Assembly (NCBI GenBank): GCA_963695875.1
Contig: CAVOID010000015.1
Coordinates: 14,291-78,290, forward strand
DNA: 64,000 nt
Direction of reading: 5' to 3'
Origin: an uncultured delta proteobacterium
Lineage (GTDB): Bacteria; Desulfobacterota; Syntrophia; Syntrophales; UBA2185
In this document: positions 10,717 to 22,208 of the stretch, in pieces
Layout of the letters: each line of letters begins with the position of its first letter
Numbering within the stretch: position 1 is the first letter of the stretch
Made by a program: the position numbers and the translations under genes
Notes under the pieces: model-generated
Told to the model about the DNA's origin: nothing
The model's database searches: none
Seen by the model: the letters and a program-made list of their open reading frames with translations, nothing else

Positions 10717-13700
10717 ATGGCGACACAACGACATCACTCGTGCCTTGTATCTTTGATCACGGTTTTCCTTGTTTGCGTCCTTTTTCTGGGTGTGGCCTCC
10801 GTTGCGGTTGCGGCGGGGGATGGAGTAAGACTGGACGGCAGCCTCGGTCAGACCCCGGGTATTGTGGGCGGGGGCCAAGTAAACGGCACCCCAACTACTT
10901 ACCTGATTACCGACACCCTGGGAAAGAAAGCCGGCGGCAATCTATTCTACAGCTTCGGCAGCTTCAACATTTACACGGGAGAGAGTGCCACCTTTCACAG
11001 CCCAAATAGCACCAGTTATAACAATATCATCAGTCGCGTGACCGGGGGGAGTCCGTCCAGCATCGATGGACTCCTCAGGTCGACGATTGAAGGAGCAAAT
11101 CTCTACCTGATGAACCCGAGCGGCGTCATGTTCGGCCCCAACGCGAGCCTCGATGTGAAGGGGAGCTTCCACGTGAGCACGGCGGACTATCTCAAGTTCA
11201 GTGACGGGGGTGTTTTTTACGCCGACCCCGCGAAGAGCAGCGTGCTCTCCGTGGCGGAACCGCAGGCATTCGGGTTCCTCAGCGCAAATCCGGCCGCCAT
11301 TTCCCTGGACCGATCGGTCCTCACGGTACCGGACGGGCAGACACTATCGATTATTGGGGGAGATATTAACGTTCAAAATGATCCCACATCTCCTACATAT
11401 TATGGAGCGACATATTATACTCTCTCCGCACCGGGGGGGAGGATAAACCTCGTCAGCGTCGCCTCACCGGGTGAAGTCAACCTGAGCACACTGGATATTG
11501 GTTCTTTTACAAAACTGGGGAATATCACATTCTCAAACGGAGCCAATGTGAACGTTTCCAGCAGCGATGGAACGACACCAGCAGGATCCGTCGTCATAAG
11601 GGGTGGCCAAATCCTCTTTCAAGGTTCCGCTATCGATGCGACGGGAAACCCGGGTGGCTCGATCGATATTAAGGGAGAGACCCTTCAACTGGATAATTCT
11701 TCTTTCAATATATCCACCTATGGCGATGCGGATCACCCCGGAACGGCATGTCAGATCGAGCTTTCCGGTGATTTTATCATGAAGAATGATTCGTGGATTG
11801 ACTCTGAGAGCTTTGGTACGGGGCGCGGGGGAGACATACGCATCAATGCAGGCAATGTCATGCTGGGGGATGACTCTCCCGGCAGCGGTCCATTAGCCGC
11901 CTTTGGCAATTACGGTTTTATCCAGTCGGGCTACTTTGCTTCGTCAGGTCCGGTGGTATCATATCCATTATTTCAGCCGGCGACGTGGTTGTGAAGAATG
12001 GTTTCTATATCGCCGCAATGACAGCCGGTGAAGGGAATGCCGGCAATATTACCATCCAAGCCGGCAACAATTTCGTCATGAAAAACGAGTCTTACATCGA
12101 TTCCTCGACTTGGGGCACAGGGCGCGGAGGATACATACAAATAACTGCGAGGAATATAACGCTCGGCGATGATGCCCCCGGAATACCACTCTTGGATACT
12201 TTCGATCCCTTTAACCCTTACGGCAGCATCCGTTCGTGGTCTAATCCATCATCAGGCCCAAGCGGTGATATATCTATTACAGCAGGTAATCTCATAGTTA
12301 AGAACGGTTTTTATATCGGCACCGCGGCGCTGAATCAGGCGAATGCGGGCAATGTCACGGTTCGCGCTGATACTATAAAGTTTCTGGATCAGGGAAACAT
12401 ATTCTCGAATGCTTTCGCGTCAGGGACAGGGGGTAATGTCGATGTGTCGGCCCGTGATATCCTGATTTCCGCCACGAATGAAGCAGCAGTGACAAATAGT
12501 CAATATATTACCGGCATAGGTGCGCAAACCGGTGGCACCTCTAACGGTGGTAAAATAACAGTAAACACGGACAGCCTGCAGCTCCTCGACGGAGGACAGA
12601 TAAGCACGGTCCTTCTCGGTTCGGGCCGTGGAGCGGACATTGAGATTACGGCGAAGAATATCCTGATTTCGGGATTTGTTCTTGATCCTGCCTTATCCCC
12701 CGTGCCGTATGGATTATCAGGGATAGATGCGCGTGTGGTTGGCGCGGCGACAACCGGTGGTATCGGAGGGAACATTGCCGTCACCGCAGGCAATCTGAAC
12801 ATAGCGAATGGAGGGGTTATCCGTACGAACCTCTTTGAAGATGCCCCTGGCACAGCCGGCAATATCACCGTCAATGCGGGAGCAATAAATATCAGCAGCG
12901 GCGGCCAGATCTATGCGGATTCCTTCCGGGGAACAGGCGATTCGGGAGACCTTAATATTACCGCAAACAGCATGAGCATCTCCGGCTTCGGGGGTTCGCA
13001 GGCTCCCTATCCCGTTCCCGACTTTACGGGACTTTCGACCAAAACGAATGCAGGGAAAGGCGGCACGATTAATTTAACCCTCACTGGCGATCTCTCGATA
13101 ACAAACAAAGGATCGATCAGCGCCGATACGCAGGGGACAGGTTCAGGCGGTGCCATCAATATACGCGCGCAAAATGTGATGCTTACCGATCAGAGCATTA
13201 TCAGCAGTTCAAGCTCCGGGACAGGGCCAGGCGGAGTGGTTAATATATCGACTGTCGGTGATCTCTCTGCAACAAACTACGGAACGATCAGTGCCGCTGC
13301 AAGCGGGGACGGTGTGGGCGGTGACATAAATATCAAGGCGCAAAACTTACGCCTCACCGATCAGGGCACTATCAGTAGTTCCAGCTCCGGAATCGGCAAC
13401 GCCGGAAATGTAAATATCACCGCCGCTGATTCTATACTGCTGAGAAACAGCTCCATTACCACAGAAGCCATGAAAGCGGACGGGGGTAACATCCAGATAA
13501 GCGCCTCATTCGAGGTGAGCCTCTTTGACAGTAAGATCACAGCGAGTGTGGGCGGAGGACCTCAGACAACCGGAGGAAACATCACCATTGACCCACAGTT
13601 TGTCATTTTGAAAAACAGCCAGATTATCGCCAATGCCTTTGAAGGCAGAGGAGGCAACATACTGATCAATACAGGTGTATTCCTTGCAGATCCGGATAGT

Positions 13701-13937
13701 GTAGTGGATGCTTCGTCCGCCCTGGGCATTAATGGCACGGTTGATATTCGAGCGCCCATCACCAATGTCAGCGGGCTTTTGAATCCATTATCCGCTGATT
13801 TTGTCAGCGCTACGGCACTGCTTCGAGAGCGATGCATTGCCAGGATCCAGGGGGGCAAATACAGTAGTTTCGTAGTAGGCAGTCGTGATGGGCTACCCAT
13901 TGAACCGGGCAATCTCATGCCTGGATTTCTGCACTAA
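10717..13937 (+). CDS. Two-partner-secretion exoprotein (TpsA, filamentous-haemagglutinin N-terminal domain + beta-helix repeats); 1-nt deletion near 11953
   Basis: Signal peptide, then the TPS domain GNLFYSFGSFNI...NIISRVTGGSPSSIDGLL...ANLYLMNPSGVMFGPNASLDVKGSFHVST. Reiterated units read GxGGxIxIxAxNxxL/NAGNITI. ORFs 10636-11994 and 11985-13937 join as SSGP(G)GIISIISAGDVVVKNGFYI. ATG 10717 has SD GAGAGG. Confidence 0.85.
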
Positions 13938-14008
13938 TTGCTCCCGGCTATTTAAATCAATAAAACCAATAGCTGGGGAATCAGTACCGATAATCAAGAT
14001 AAAAGGTT

Positions 14009-14063
14009 TGAATCCGGCAGCGAGCGTATTCCCCGTAGCTTGCTGCGGGGTAAGCGAGCGAAT
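14009..14063. repeat. Dispersed palindromic (REP-like) element, copy 1
   Basis: Hairpin CCCCGTAGCTTGCTGCGGGG at 14031-14050. About 55 nt is homologous to rc of 56570-56625. Confidence 0.6.
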
Positions 14064-14134
14064 GGGGAACATCATTATAGTCTCAAGAAGTCAGCATCCG
14101 ACATTAGAATTATACCGGCTAGGGGATAACTACT

Positions 14135-15949
14135 ATGAAGGCAGAGAGTTTGCTTCGCCATTGGATAAAGAAAGTCCCACTTCCTGAGATGATCAGAGAT
14201 CTTTGGCATCACAGCTCACGGGGTACTTACTTCGCATTGCGCACCTTCCTGGTCTTTCTGGTATTGATCTCTCTTATCACTTCTGCTTATGGCCAGGTGC
14301 TGCCCCGTCTCGATCCCACAGGCCGATCAGGAGATAGGCGTCCCGAGCCTCTTGAGGAAGAACTCCTAACCCCTCCTCCGACGGTGACGCTTCCTGCTCC
14401 ACCTGGTCCCGCGAAGGAACAGGCGGTACCGCTTCTCAAGAGTGTATTTGTACGTAAGATAGTTGTAACGGGAAGCACAGTCTTCAAGGCAGACGAGATC
14501 GCCAGGGTCACCGCTCCTTATGAAAACCGGAATGTGACAATGGAAGATCTGGAGTCTCTTCGCCGGGCTTTGACACTCCTATATGTGAACAAGGGTTATA
14601 TTAATTCCGGCGCCATCATTCCGGATCAGAAGGTGGTTGATGGTGTGATTACCTTTCAGATTATTGAAGGTAAGCTCACGCACATAGACGTGGAGGGGAA
14701 CAAGTGGTTTGGTGAGGCTTTTCTCAGGGATAGGATAGCTCTGGGCGCAGGAGCTCCCGTCAATATCAGTCCTTTGCAGAACCGTTTACAGATACTGCAG
14801 CAGGATCAGAGGATACAGCGTATTCATGCGGAGCTGAGACCCGGCGCCACACCCGGAGAGAGTGAGTTGAAGGTGAAGGTAGAGGAAAAACCACCATTTT
14901 ATGCATGGCTCGCATTTAACAACTACCAGCCACCGTCGGTTGGTGCTGAAAGGGGACTCCTCACACTTGCTCACCAGAACCTTACCGGCCATGGAGATAT
15001 CCTGAGTTTAACATACGGACGTTCGGAAGGTCTCAGTCCCCAGCTTGACACCTGGTATGCGATCCCCATCAATGTTTACGATACAACACTGCTTTTAAGA
15101 TACAGGATAAACGACTTTGACGTTGTTGACAAGGAGTTTGGACCACTGGACATTTCGAGTAAATCGGAAATCTATGAACTTACCCTGCGTCAGCCTATCT
15201 ACCGGACACTCAACCAGGAATTCGCCCTCGCCCTTACGTTAGAGCATGAGTACAACAAGACCTATCTGTCCGGAGAACCTTTTTCATTTGCTCCGGGAGT
15301 GCAAGATGGGCGCGAGGTAGTGATTCCAGTGCGGTTTTCACAGGAATGGACATACCGTACGCAGCGGCAGGTCATCGCGGCACGATCCCGTTTCTCCTAT
15401 GGTCTGCACACTGAGGATACGACAATAAATAATAATAAAGACGTCCCGGACGGAAGATTTTTTGCGTGGCTGGGACAGTTTCAATGGGCTCGAATCCTGG
15501 GATTCTGGGATACGCAGTTGCTCTTCCGGGCAGATATACAGCGTTCCAATGATTCTCTTCTACCCCTCGAGCAGATTACCATCGGCGGGAGATACAGCGT
15601 AAGGGGCTATAGGGAGAACTTGCTGGTCCTTGATCAAGCCTTTATTGCCTCCCTGGAAGCCCGGATCCCCATTATACAGAATAAGCGCTGGGCGGACTAT
15701 ATTCAATTGTGCCCTTTTTATGATTACGGCAGGGGGACAAACAAGGATTTTCCAACCCCCGATCCGGTAGATATTTCCAGCGTCGGCCTGGGCCTCAGGT
15801 GGGCTGCACCCTTGATAAAATCACCTTTTGAGCTGAGGTCCGAACTTGAAGTATACTGGGGGTATGCCCTGAGAAAGATCGATCTGCCGTATGACGATCC
15901 CCAGGATGCCGGGATTCACTTTCAAATCGCCATCACAGGTTTCTTCTAA
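14135..15949 (+). CDS. TpsB outer-membrane transporter (ShlB/FhaC/HecB family, POTRA + beta-barrel)
   Basis: POTRA sequence VFVRKIVVTGSTVFKADEIARVTAPYENRNVTMEDLESLRRALTLLYVNKGYINSGAIIPDQKVVDGVITFQIIEGKL. C-terminal barrel ends in aromatic ...FQIAITGFF. Confidence 0.9.
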   Translation: MKAESLLRHWIKKVPLPEMIRDLWHHSSRGTYFALRTFLVFLVLISLITSAYGQVLPRLDPTGRSGDRRPEPLEEELLTPPPTVTLPAPPGPAKEQAVPLLKSVFVRKIVVTGSTVFKADEIARVTAPYENRNVTMEDLESLRRALTLLYVNKGYINSGAIIPDQKVVDGVITFQIIEGKLTHIDVEGNKWFGEAFLRDRIALGAGAPVNISPLQNRLQILQQDQRIQRIHAELRPGATPGESELKVKVEEKPPFYAWLAFNNYQPPSVGAERGLLTLAHQNLTGHGDILSLTYGRSEGLSPQLDTWYAIPINVYDTTLLLRYRINDFDVVDKEFGPLDISSKSEIYELTLRQPIYRTLNQEFALALTLEHEYNKTYLSGEPFSFAPGVQDGREVVIPVRFSQEWTYRTQRQVIAARSRFSYGLHTEDTTINNNKDVPDGRFFAWLGQFQWARILGFWDTQLLFRADIQRSNDSLLPLEQITIGGRYSVRGYRENLLVLDQAFIASLEARIPIIQNKRWADYIQLCPFYDYGRGTNKDFPTPDPVDISSVGLGLRWAAPLIKSPFELRSELEVYWGYALRKIDLPYDDPQDAGIHFQIAITGFF

Positions 15950-15983
15950 GCAGGAGAATGAAATCTGAATTAGGGGAATTGTT

Positions 15984-18396
15984 ATGAAAATGAATAAAAC
16001 CTTTAAAAGATGCAGGGTCTCTTTCCGAAGGTTCATTCCTTTATCAGCTTTCTTATGTCTTTTCATGTTGGTTCCCGCTTTTGGAAGTCTCTTTATTGGT
16101 ACTGCCTTTTCATCGGAGGAATCGCCGGTTGTAAAGAATCCGGGTCTGAGTCCGAAGACATCAGGTTCGTCTGAAGGCCAATCGCCCGGAAAATATATAG
16201 ACCAGGGAGTCCTTTCGTTTGATCGGGGCGCCTTTGATGATGCCATTGTAAACTTCGAAGCTGCCATACGTTTGTGTGAGCAGGATACTAACAAGGTCAA
16301 GCAGTGCGAGGCACTAATAAGGCTGTCTCAGGCCAGTCATTTTACCGGCCAATACAAGAAAGCACTGCAAAGCTTGGAAAAGGCCATGACCATTGCAAGA
16401 GAATTGAATGACGGACATCAAATTGCCGCTATCTTCGGTTCCATGGGAAATGTCTATATCGGAATGGGTAATGGTAATTTGGCTTTAGAAAATTTGAATC
16501 AGGGACTCCTTATCGCAAAAGAATCAGGATATGTCAGATGTGACAGCTGTCATTCTGAACAATTTTGGGAACCTGTACGTTTCGCAGAACAAATATGATG
16601 ACGCACTCAATGCATATCGGGAAAGCGCTCAGCAAGCGAAGAAAGCGAAGAACATTTCGCTTGCAGTCCAGGCTGATATCAATGGGGCGACGGCCGCATT
16701 GAGAGGCGGTAAATATGCCGATGCCCGGAAGCAACTCGATAAGGCGGTGGGTCAACTTCGCAGTCTCGAAGATTCCTATGCCAAGGCTTACAGCCTCATC
16801 AACGCAGGCATTGTATACTCTGATCTTCGTGTGTATTATCCTGACCAAAAGCAGGTTCTTTTAAAGCAAGCTTACACTGCAATCAATGAAGCCCTTACTG
16901 TGGCCCAAAAGATAAACGACCAGAGAACAGTATCATATGCATACGGCTATCTCGGAAAACTGTATGAAGATGAACGTCAATATGAGGAGGCCCTCGAATT
17001 AACCAGACGGGCAATATTTGCGGCCCAACAGAAAAATGCAAACGAGGCTCTGTATAGATGGCACTGGCAGAGCGGACGGATTCTCGCCCATCTGGGTAAC
17101 ATAGATGAAGCAATTGTATCTTACAGAAATGCGATACATGACCTGCAGGCTATCCGGGAGGAATTTGCTTCCTGCTATGCCAGTCCTGAATCGTCCTACC
17201 AAAAAACCGCAAGTGTCGTCAGTTTTGAAATGGTGAAATTGCTCCTCGAGCGTGCCTCCGTGCTCCAGAAAGGGGAGGCTGTCGAGCCTTATCTGGTCGA
17301 AGCCCGTGAGGCTTTAGAAATCTTGAAGGTGTTTGAGTTGCGGGAGTACTTCAAAGACGATTGCGTGGATGCCGCCCGATTTGTTGAGAAAAAACTGGAT
17401 GTAGTTTCTGAGAAGGCCGTGGTAATTTATCCGATTCTGTTAGATGATCATGTGGAACTCCTGGTAAGCTTTTCAGGACGCCTCAAAAGATTTACACTCC
17501 CTGTGGGAGCAGTTGCCTTAACCAACGAGATCAGGGAATTCCGCAGAAAGCTCGAAAAACGAACCACAGGAGAGTACCTGCCCCATGCCCAGAAGCTTTA
17601 TGACTGGATCATCCGACCTCTCGAAAAAGACCTTAATTCTGTGAAAATTGATGCCGTTGTGTTCGTGCCGGATGGACCTCTCCGGACAATTCCCATGGCT
17701 GCGTTACACGATGGAAATAAATTTCTAATTAATCGTTACCCGGTTGCTATTACCCCGGGATTAAATCTTACGGATCCGCGCCCCTTCAAACGGGAGAACG
17801 CAAAAGTACTGGCCCTGGGGTTGACCGAACCCAGGCAGGGGTTTCCCGGTCTGCCCTATGTATCCGGTGAGCTCAAGGCTATTAAACAACTTTATGGAGG
17901 GCAGTTCCTGCTGAATGGGGAGTTCCGTGTGTCTAATGTGGAAAAAGAGCTGAAGAAGGAACCCTTTAGTATTGTCCATATAGCCTCGCACGGCCATTTT
18001 GGGGGGGACGTGGGTGATACATTCCTCCTGGCATTTGATGAAAAGTTCACTATAGATCGCTTCGGAGAGTATGTGGGTCTTTTCAAATTCCGTGATGAGC
18101 CCCTGGATTTACTCACATTGAGCGCATGTGAAACCGCCGCAGGGGATGACCGGGCAGCACTGGGCCTGGCTGGGGTTGCCATCCGGGCAGGCGCCAGGAG
18201 CGCTCTTGCAACACTTTGGCATGTCAATGATCCCGCATCTTATGAGTTGATCGTAGAATTTTACAAACAGCTACAGCATCCGTCTGTCTCGAGAGCCGCG
18301 GCACTCCAGGCAGCACAACTCAAACTGCTCGGAGATCTGCGCTACGATCATCCCGGTTACTGGGCGCCTTTCATTTTGATCAACAACTGGTTGTGA
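15984..18396 (+). CDS. Exported TPR-repeat CHAT-domain (caspase-like) protease; 1-nt indel near 16530
   Basis: N-terminal hydrophobic signal/anchor and TPR-like repeats. The CHAT catalytic dyad context is intact: VHIASHGHFGGD and LLTLSACETAAGD. ORFs 15984-16598 and 16531-18396 join at ...LLIAKESG|MSDVTAVILNNFGNLY. Confidence 0.85.
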
Positions 18397-18411
18397 GGTT
18401 GCCTGCAAGGT

Positions 18412-20352
18412 ATGGCACAGTTTCTCAAATTCATCCAGAAACCCATCATCGTCAAATTGATGGGAGGTCTCCTCGTTTTTCTGCTTATCGTGGGTTTGCG
18501 AAACAGCGGACATCTCGAATTTCTGGAACTCGCAGCGTATGACTGGTTCATACGCATGGAGCCGAAACTCTCCAGCGGAGATCCCAGGATAACGCTCATA
18601 GAGATTTCCGAAAAAGACATTCATGCCCATGGCCGCTGGCCCCTGACGGATGAGGCCCTCGCCAAAGCCATGAATATTCTCGTCAAGGATAATCCCCGTG
18701 CCGTTGGCCTGGACATTTATCGCGATATTCTCGTGCCTCCAGGAAGCGAAGAATTAAACGCCATCTTCGTCGAAAATCCTCAAATCATCGGGGTGATGAC
18801 ATTCGGCGAGAAGGGTGTGCGGCCGCCGGCGATCATCAGCAATACGGAGCAAGTGGGGTTTAACGACATACTTGTCGATCCCGGAGGTATTGTGAGGAGA
18901 GCGCTTATCTTTCTGGATGACGGTGAGAATGTGTATAATTCTTTTGCCCTCCGGCTCGCTTCTCTTTATCTTCATGCGGAAGGAATTGCTCTACAGGCTG
19001 ATCCGGAAAATCCGCAATACATCCGTCTGAAGGATACTACGATAAAACCTTTTGAGGCAAATGACGGGGGCTATATTAAGGCGGATGCTAGAGGTTACCA
19101 GTTTCTTCTGGACTTCGAGAACGCGGGCTTGCCTTTTCGGTCCTATTCTTTCTCCAAGCTGTTATCCGGTGAAGTTCCAGCGGAAGCGATCGCCGATAAA
19201 ATAATCCTAATCGGCGTCAGCGCCCAGAGCGTCAAAGACTTTTTTTATACACCGCTGAGCAAAGGTTTCGAAGAGGTCCAGCAGGTTCCCGGTGTTGTTC
19301 TGCACGGACACATTATAAGCCAACTGCTGAGGTTCGCCCTCGACGGAACTTCACCGCTAAAGACATTGCCGGAAACGCAGAAGCTCATCTGGATCTTGCT
19401 CTGGAGCCTCACAGGAGGTTTGATCGGACTCCGCATACGCTCCGTATGGCGCTTCTCTATGTTGATCTTAGGCGGCTTGGTGCTTCTTTGTCTTGCGTCA
19501 TATTTTGCCTTTCTTGCCCGCTGGTGGATTCCCCTGGTGCCTCCAGCTCTATCATTCTTCATATCCGCTGTTGTCGTCACGGCCTACATGTCAAGCCATG
19601 AAAAGAAAGAGCGGGCCCTCCTGATGCAGCTCTTTTCGAGACATGTGTCAAAAGAAATTGCGGAGATCATCTGGCAGCAGAAGGATCAGTTTCTGAACGA
19701 CGGCCGTCCCCGATCCCAGAAAATGACGGCTACCGTTTTTTTCTCCGATTTAAAGGGTTTTACAACGATGTCCGAAAAGATGGACCCGCAGGAGCTTATC
19801 GACTGGCTGAACGCCTATATGGAACCTATGACGCGCTTGATTATGGAGCACGGCGGGGTCATCGATGACTATGCCGGGGATGGCATCAAGGCGAACTTCG
19901 GTGTGCCGCTGCCGCGGAAAAATGAAGATGAGGTGCGCTCGGACGCCATGAATGCAATTAACTGCGCTCTTGCCATGGAGAAAGAAATGTGCCGCCTCAA
20001 TGCCTTCTGGAGCCAAAAGGGGCTTCCCGCCATGGGGACGCGGGTCGGCATCTTTACCGGGACTGTTGTGGCGGGCCTTCTGGGAAGCTCAAAGCGATTA
20101 AAGTACACCACCGTCGGCGATACCGTTAACATTGCCGCGCGGCTGGAAAGTTATGACAAAGAAGTGTGCAAAGATGCCCTCTGCCGCATCCTCATCGGTG
20201 AGCCGACTTTGCGCCATGTCAACGGCCAGTTTAAGACAGAAAGAATAGGAGAGGTCAGCCTGAAAGGAAAGGATGAAAGAATAATCGTTCACCGGGTGCT
20301 GGGTGATGAATCTCCCGGCTCTCAAGCAATATCAAAGGAGGGAATATCATGA
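18412..20352 (+). CDS. CHASE2 sensor domain / class III adenylate-guanylate cyclase
   Basis: CHASE2 region reads LELAAYDWFIRMEP...ITLIEISEKDIHAHGRWPLTDEALAKAMNILVKDNPRAVGLDIYRD. TM helices follow, then the cyclase core ATVFFSDLKGFTTMSE...GDGIKANFG...YTTVGDTVNIAARLES. Confidence 0.9.
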   Translation: MAQFLKFIQKPIIVKLMGGLLVFLLIVGLRNSGHLEFLELAAYDWFIRMEPKLSSGDPRITLIEISEKDIHAHGRWPLTDEALAKAMNILVKDNPRAVGLDIYRDILVPPGSEELNAIFVENPQIIGVMTFGEKGVRPPAIISNTEQVGFNDILVDPGGIVRRALIFLDDGENVYNSFALRLASLYLHAEGIALQADPENPQYIRLKDTTIKPFEANDGGYIKADARGYQFLLDFENAGLPFRSYSFSKLLSGEVPAEAIADKIILIGVSAQSVKDFFYTPLSKGFEEVQQVPGVVLHGHIISQLLRFALDGTSPLKTLPETQKLIWILLWSLTGGLIGLRIRSVWRFSMLILGGLVLLCLASYFAFLARWWIPLVPPALSFFISAVVVTAYMSSHEKKERALLMQLFSRHVSKEIAEIIWQQKDQFLNDGRPRSQKMTATVFFSDLKGFTTMSEKMDPQELIDWLNAYMEPMTRLIMEHGGVIDDYAGDGIKANFGVPLPRKNEDEVRSDAMNAINCALAMEKEMCRLNAFWSQKGLPAMGTRVGIFTGTVVAGLLGSSKRLKYTTVGDTVNIAARLESYDKEVCKDALCRILIGEPTLRHVNGQFKTERIGEVSLKGKDERIIVHRVLGDESPGSQAISKEGIS

Positions 20353-21102
20353 ATAACCTGAAACTAATAGTAATCGTCGGGCTTATTGCGGCGCTGCCGT
20401 TTCTCACCGGCGCAGCAGATGAGGGTAAGACAAAGCGGTCTGATGAAAATACCCAAACAGATCAAAAAGCGAAGCAGGTTACGACCGTGGGCAAGCCCGT
20501 ATACAAACCGCCTCTCCGCGGATCGCCAGCCGGGCGTGTGGGGGGTGGAACGCGCGGGATGACAGAAAGGGAGTCCTTTTCTCTACAGGTCCTGGCGCCG
20601 GACCACATTGGTTTGACGATCCAGGATCAACCCTGTCTCTACTGGTACGTATCGAAACCAATCCCTTATCCTGTTGAACTGACCGTTATTGAAAGAAATG
20701 CAGTGAAACCACTTCTTGAAAAGATCATCAAGGGTCCTGATAAGGGTGGCATCCAATTCATTCGTTTAGCCGATTATGCTGTGCATCTGCGTCGGAATGT
20801 CCCATACAAATGGTTTGTGACCCTTGTGACCGATTCCAATCACCGTTCCAAAGATATTCTGGCAGGTGGCATAATAACACTGGTTGAACCGCCGCCATCG
20901 CTATTCGGCCAAACTCAAGGCGGCAGACAGCGGCAAAGCGCCCTATATTTACGCCGAGGAGGGGCTATGGTATGATGCGCTGGGAGCGATATCAGGGATG
21001 ATCGATGCTTCACCGAATAATGTGGATCTCCGCAAACAGCGCGCCTCCCTTTTAGAACAGGTAGGTTTAAGTGAAGTTGCAGAATTTGAGAATCGGCAAT
21101 AA
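20349..21102 (+). CDS. DUF928-family exported protein; 1-nt indel near 20900
   Basis: Signal peptide, then YKPPLRGSPAGRVGGGTRG. The C-terminal motif EEGLWYDALGAISGMI lies in ORF 20884-21102, which continues ORF 20349-20975. The start overlaps the cyclase stop (ATGA). Confidence 0.65.
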
Positions 21103-21281
21103 GTGTTTAAAAAACAAATAGAAACAAAACTGACATAAATTATAGAATAGGCTGATGCTTTGTATATGATGGGCGTGAAGTCTGTGAATGCCAACCCGTC
21201 GACCAGACAACGAAAGTGACCTTTGATATAGATGGACACGTGAAGGAAGTAAGGGAAATCCATAAGGAACAGTAGACTGCC

Positions 21282-22208
21282 ATGAACGAGAACGAGAGCG
21301 GGAAAAAGGGACTTACGGGGAGCAGAGTTTTCGGGCAATTGCCCAAAGAGAAGTGGGATGAGCTCACTAGGGCTATGGAGAACCAGGTGGTAGCACGGCG
21401 TACGATCATCTTCAGGCAGGGGGATCCAGGGGACAAGTTTTACATTATCCATTCAGGGAAAGTGAGGGTGTTCAGGAAGGACGCTGATGGATTGGAGACG
21501 GACTTGTCTTTGCTGGGAGCGGGTGAAAGCTTTGGTGAGATGGCCCTGCTGACAGGTGAGACGAGATCAGCGAACGTGGAGGCGGTAGAAGAGACCCGCC
21601 TAAAGGTGCTTTCCAAAGAGCAATTTGAGCTTATTCTGAAGGACTTTCCCCATATTTCCCTGGCCTTTGTGAAGCAGATGTCGGGATGGCTTCTGAGGGA
21701 TGAGAAGACCATTGAGAAGGAAGCGCAACAACTTTACCGGGCACATCACATATCCTGGTTTGATTTTCTGCTGGTGATCGGGGTGAGTGTAATTCTAGCC
21801 CTCGTGTTCAATAAGTCTAACCCGAACGGGATACCCCTGTTTCCGAAGTTTCCTGACAGGAAAGCGATTTCCGAGATCAGCGCTGCTCAGGCGATGGAAG
21901 AGGTGAAGAAGGGCGAAGCGCTCATCGTGGATGCTGGTCCTGAAGCCTTCTATGAAAAGAAACATATCCAGGGGGCGATCAGCATACCGCTCTCTCTTTT
22001 TGATATAGTGTATACGATGGCCTTTGGAGGGAATGAGAAGGGGAAAAAGGTGATTGTGTACGGAGGAACATTCAGCAAGCTCTATGATTGGGAGCTGGCG
22101 GACAAGCTCCTTCTTCGGGGGCATAAGGATGTGAAGGTGTTGGAGGGGGGGATGGCGACCTGGGAAAAAAAGGGCTATCCGGTGGAGGAGGAGAAAGGGA
22201 AGGAATGA
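21282..22208 (+). CDS. Cyclic-nucleotide-binding domain / TM helix / rhodanese-like domain protein (rhodanese lacks the catalytic Cys)
   Basis: cNMP-binding region reads [23 protein letters not shown]...[25 protein letters not shown] helix [20 protein letters not shown]. Rhodanese fold reads [24 protein letters not shown]...[10 protein letters not shown]...[15 protein letters not shown]. Confidence 0.8.
   Translation: MNENESGKKGLTGSRVFGQLPKEKWDELTRAMENQVVARRTIIFRQGDPGDKFYIIHSGKVRVFRKDADGLETDLSLLGAGESFGEMALLTGETRSANVEAVEETRLKVLSKEQFELILKDFPHISLAFVKQMSGWLLRDEKTIEKEAQQLYRAHHISWFDFLLVIGVSVILALVFNKSNPNGIPLFPKFPDRKAISEISAAQAMEEVKKGEALIVDAGPEAFYEKKHIQGAISIPLSLFDIVYTMAFGGNEKGKKVIVYGGTFSKLYDWELADKLLLRGHKDVKVLEGGMATWEKKGYPVEEEKGKE

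Noticed and set aside
10717-15949. TpsA/TpsB as a contact-dependent inhibition (CdiBA) or haemolysin (ShlBA) system
   Set aside because: The gene order is tpsA then tpsB. I saw no VENN motif or polymorphic toxin tip and no small immunity ORF after tpsA. The passenger is only ~1070 aa of uniform beta-helix repeats, and what follows is CHAT, CHASE2 and DUF928.
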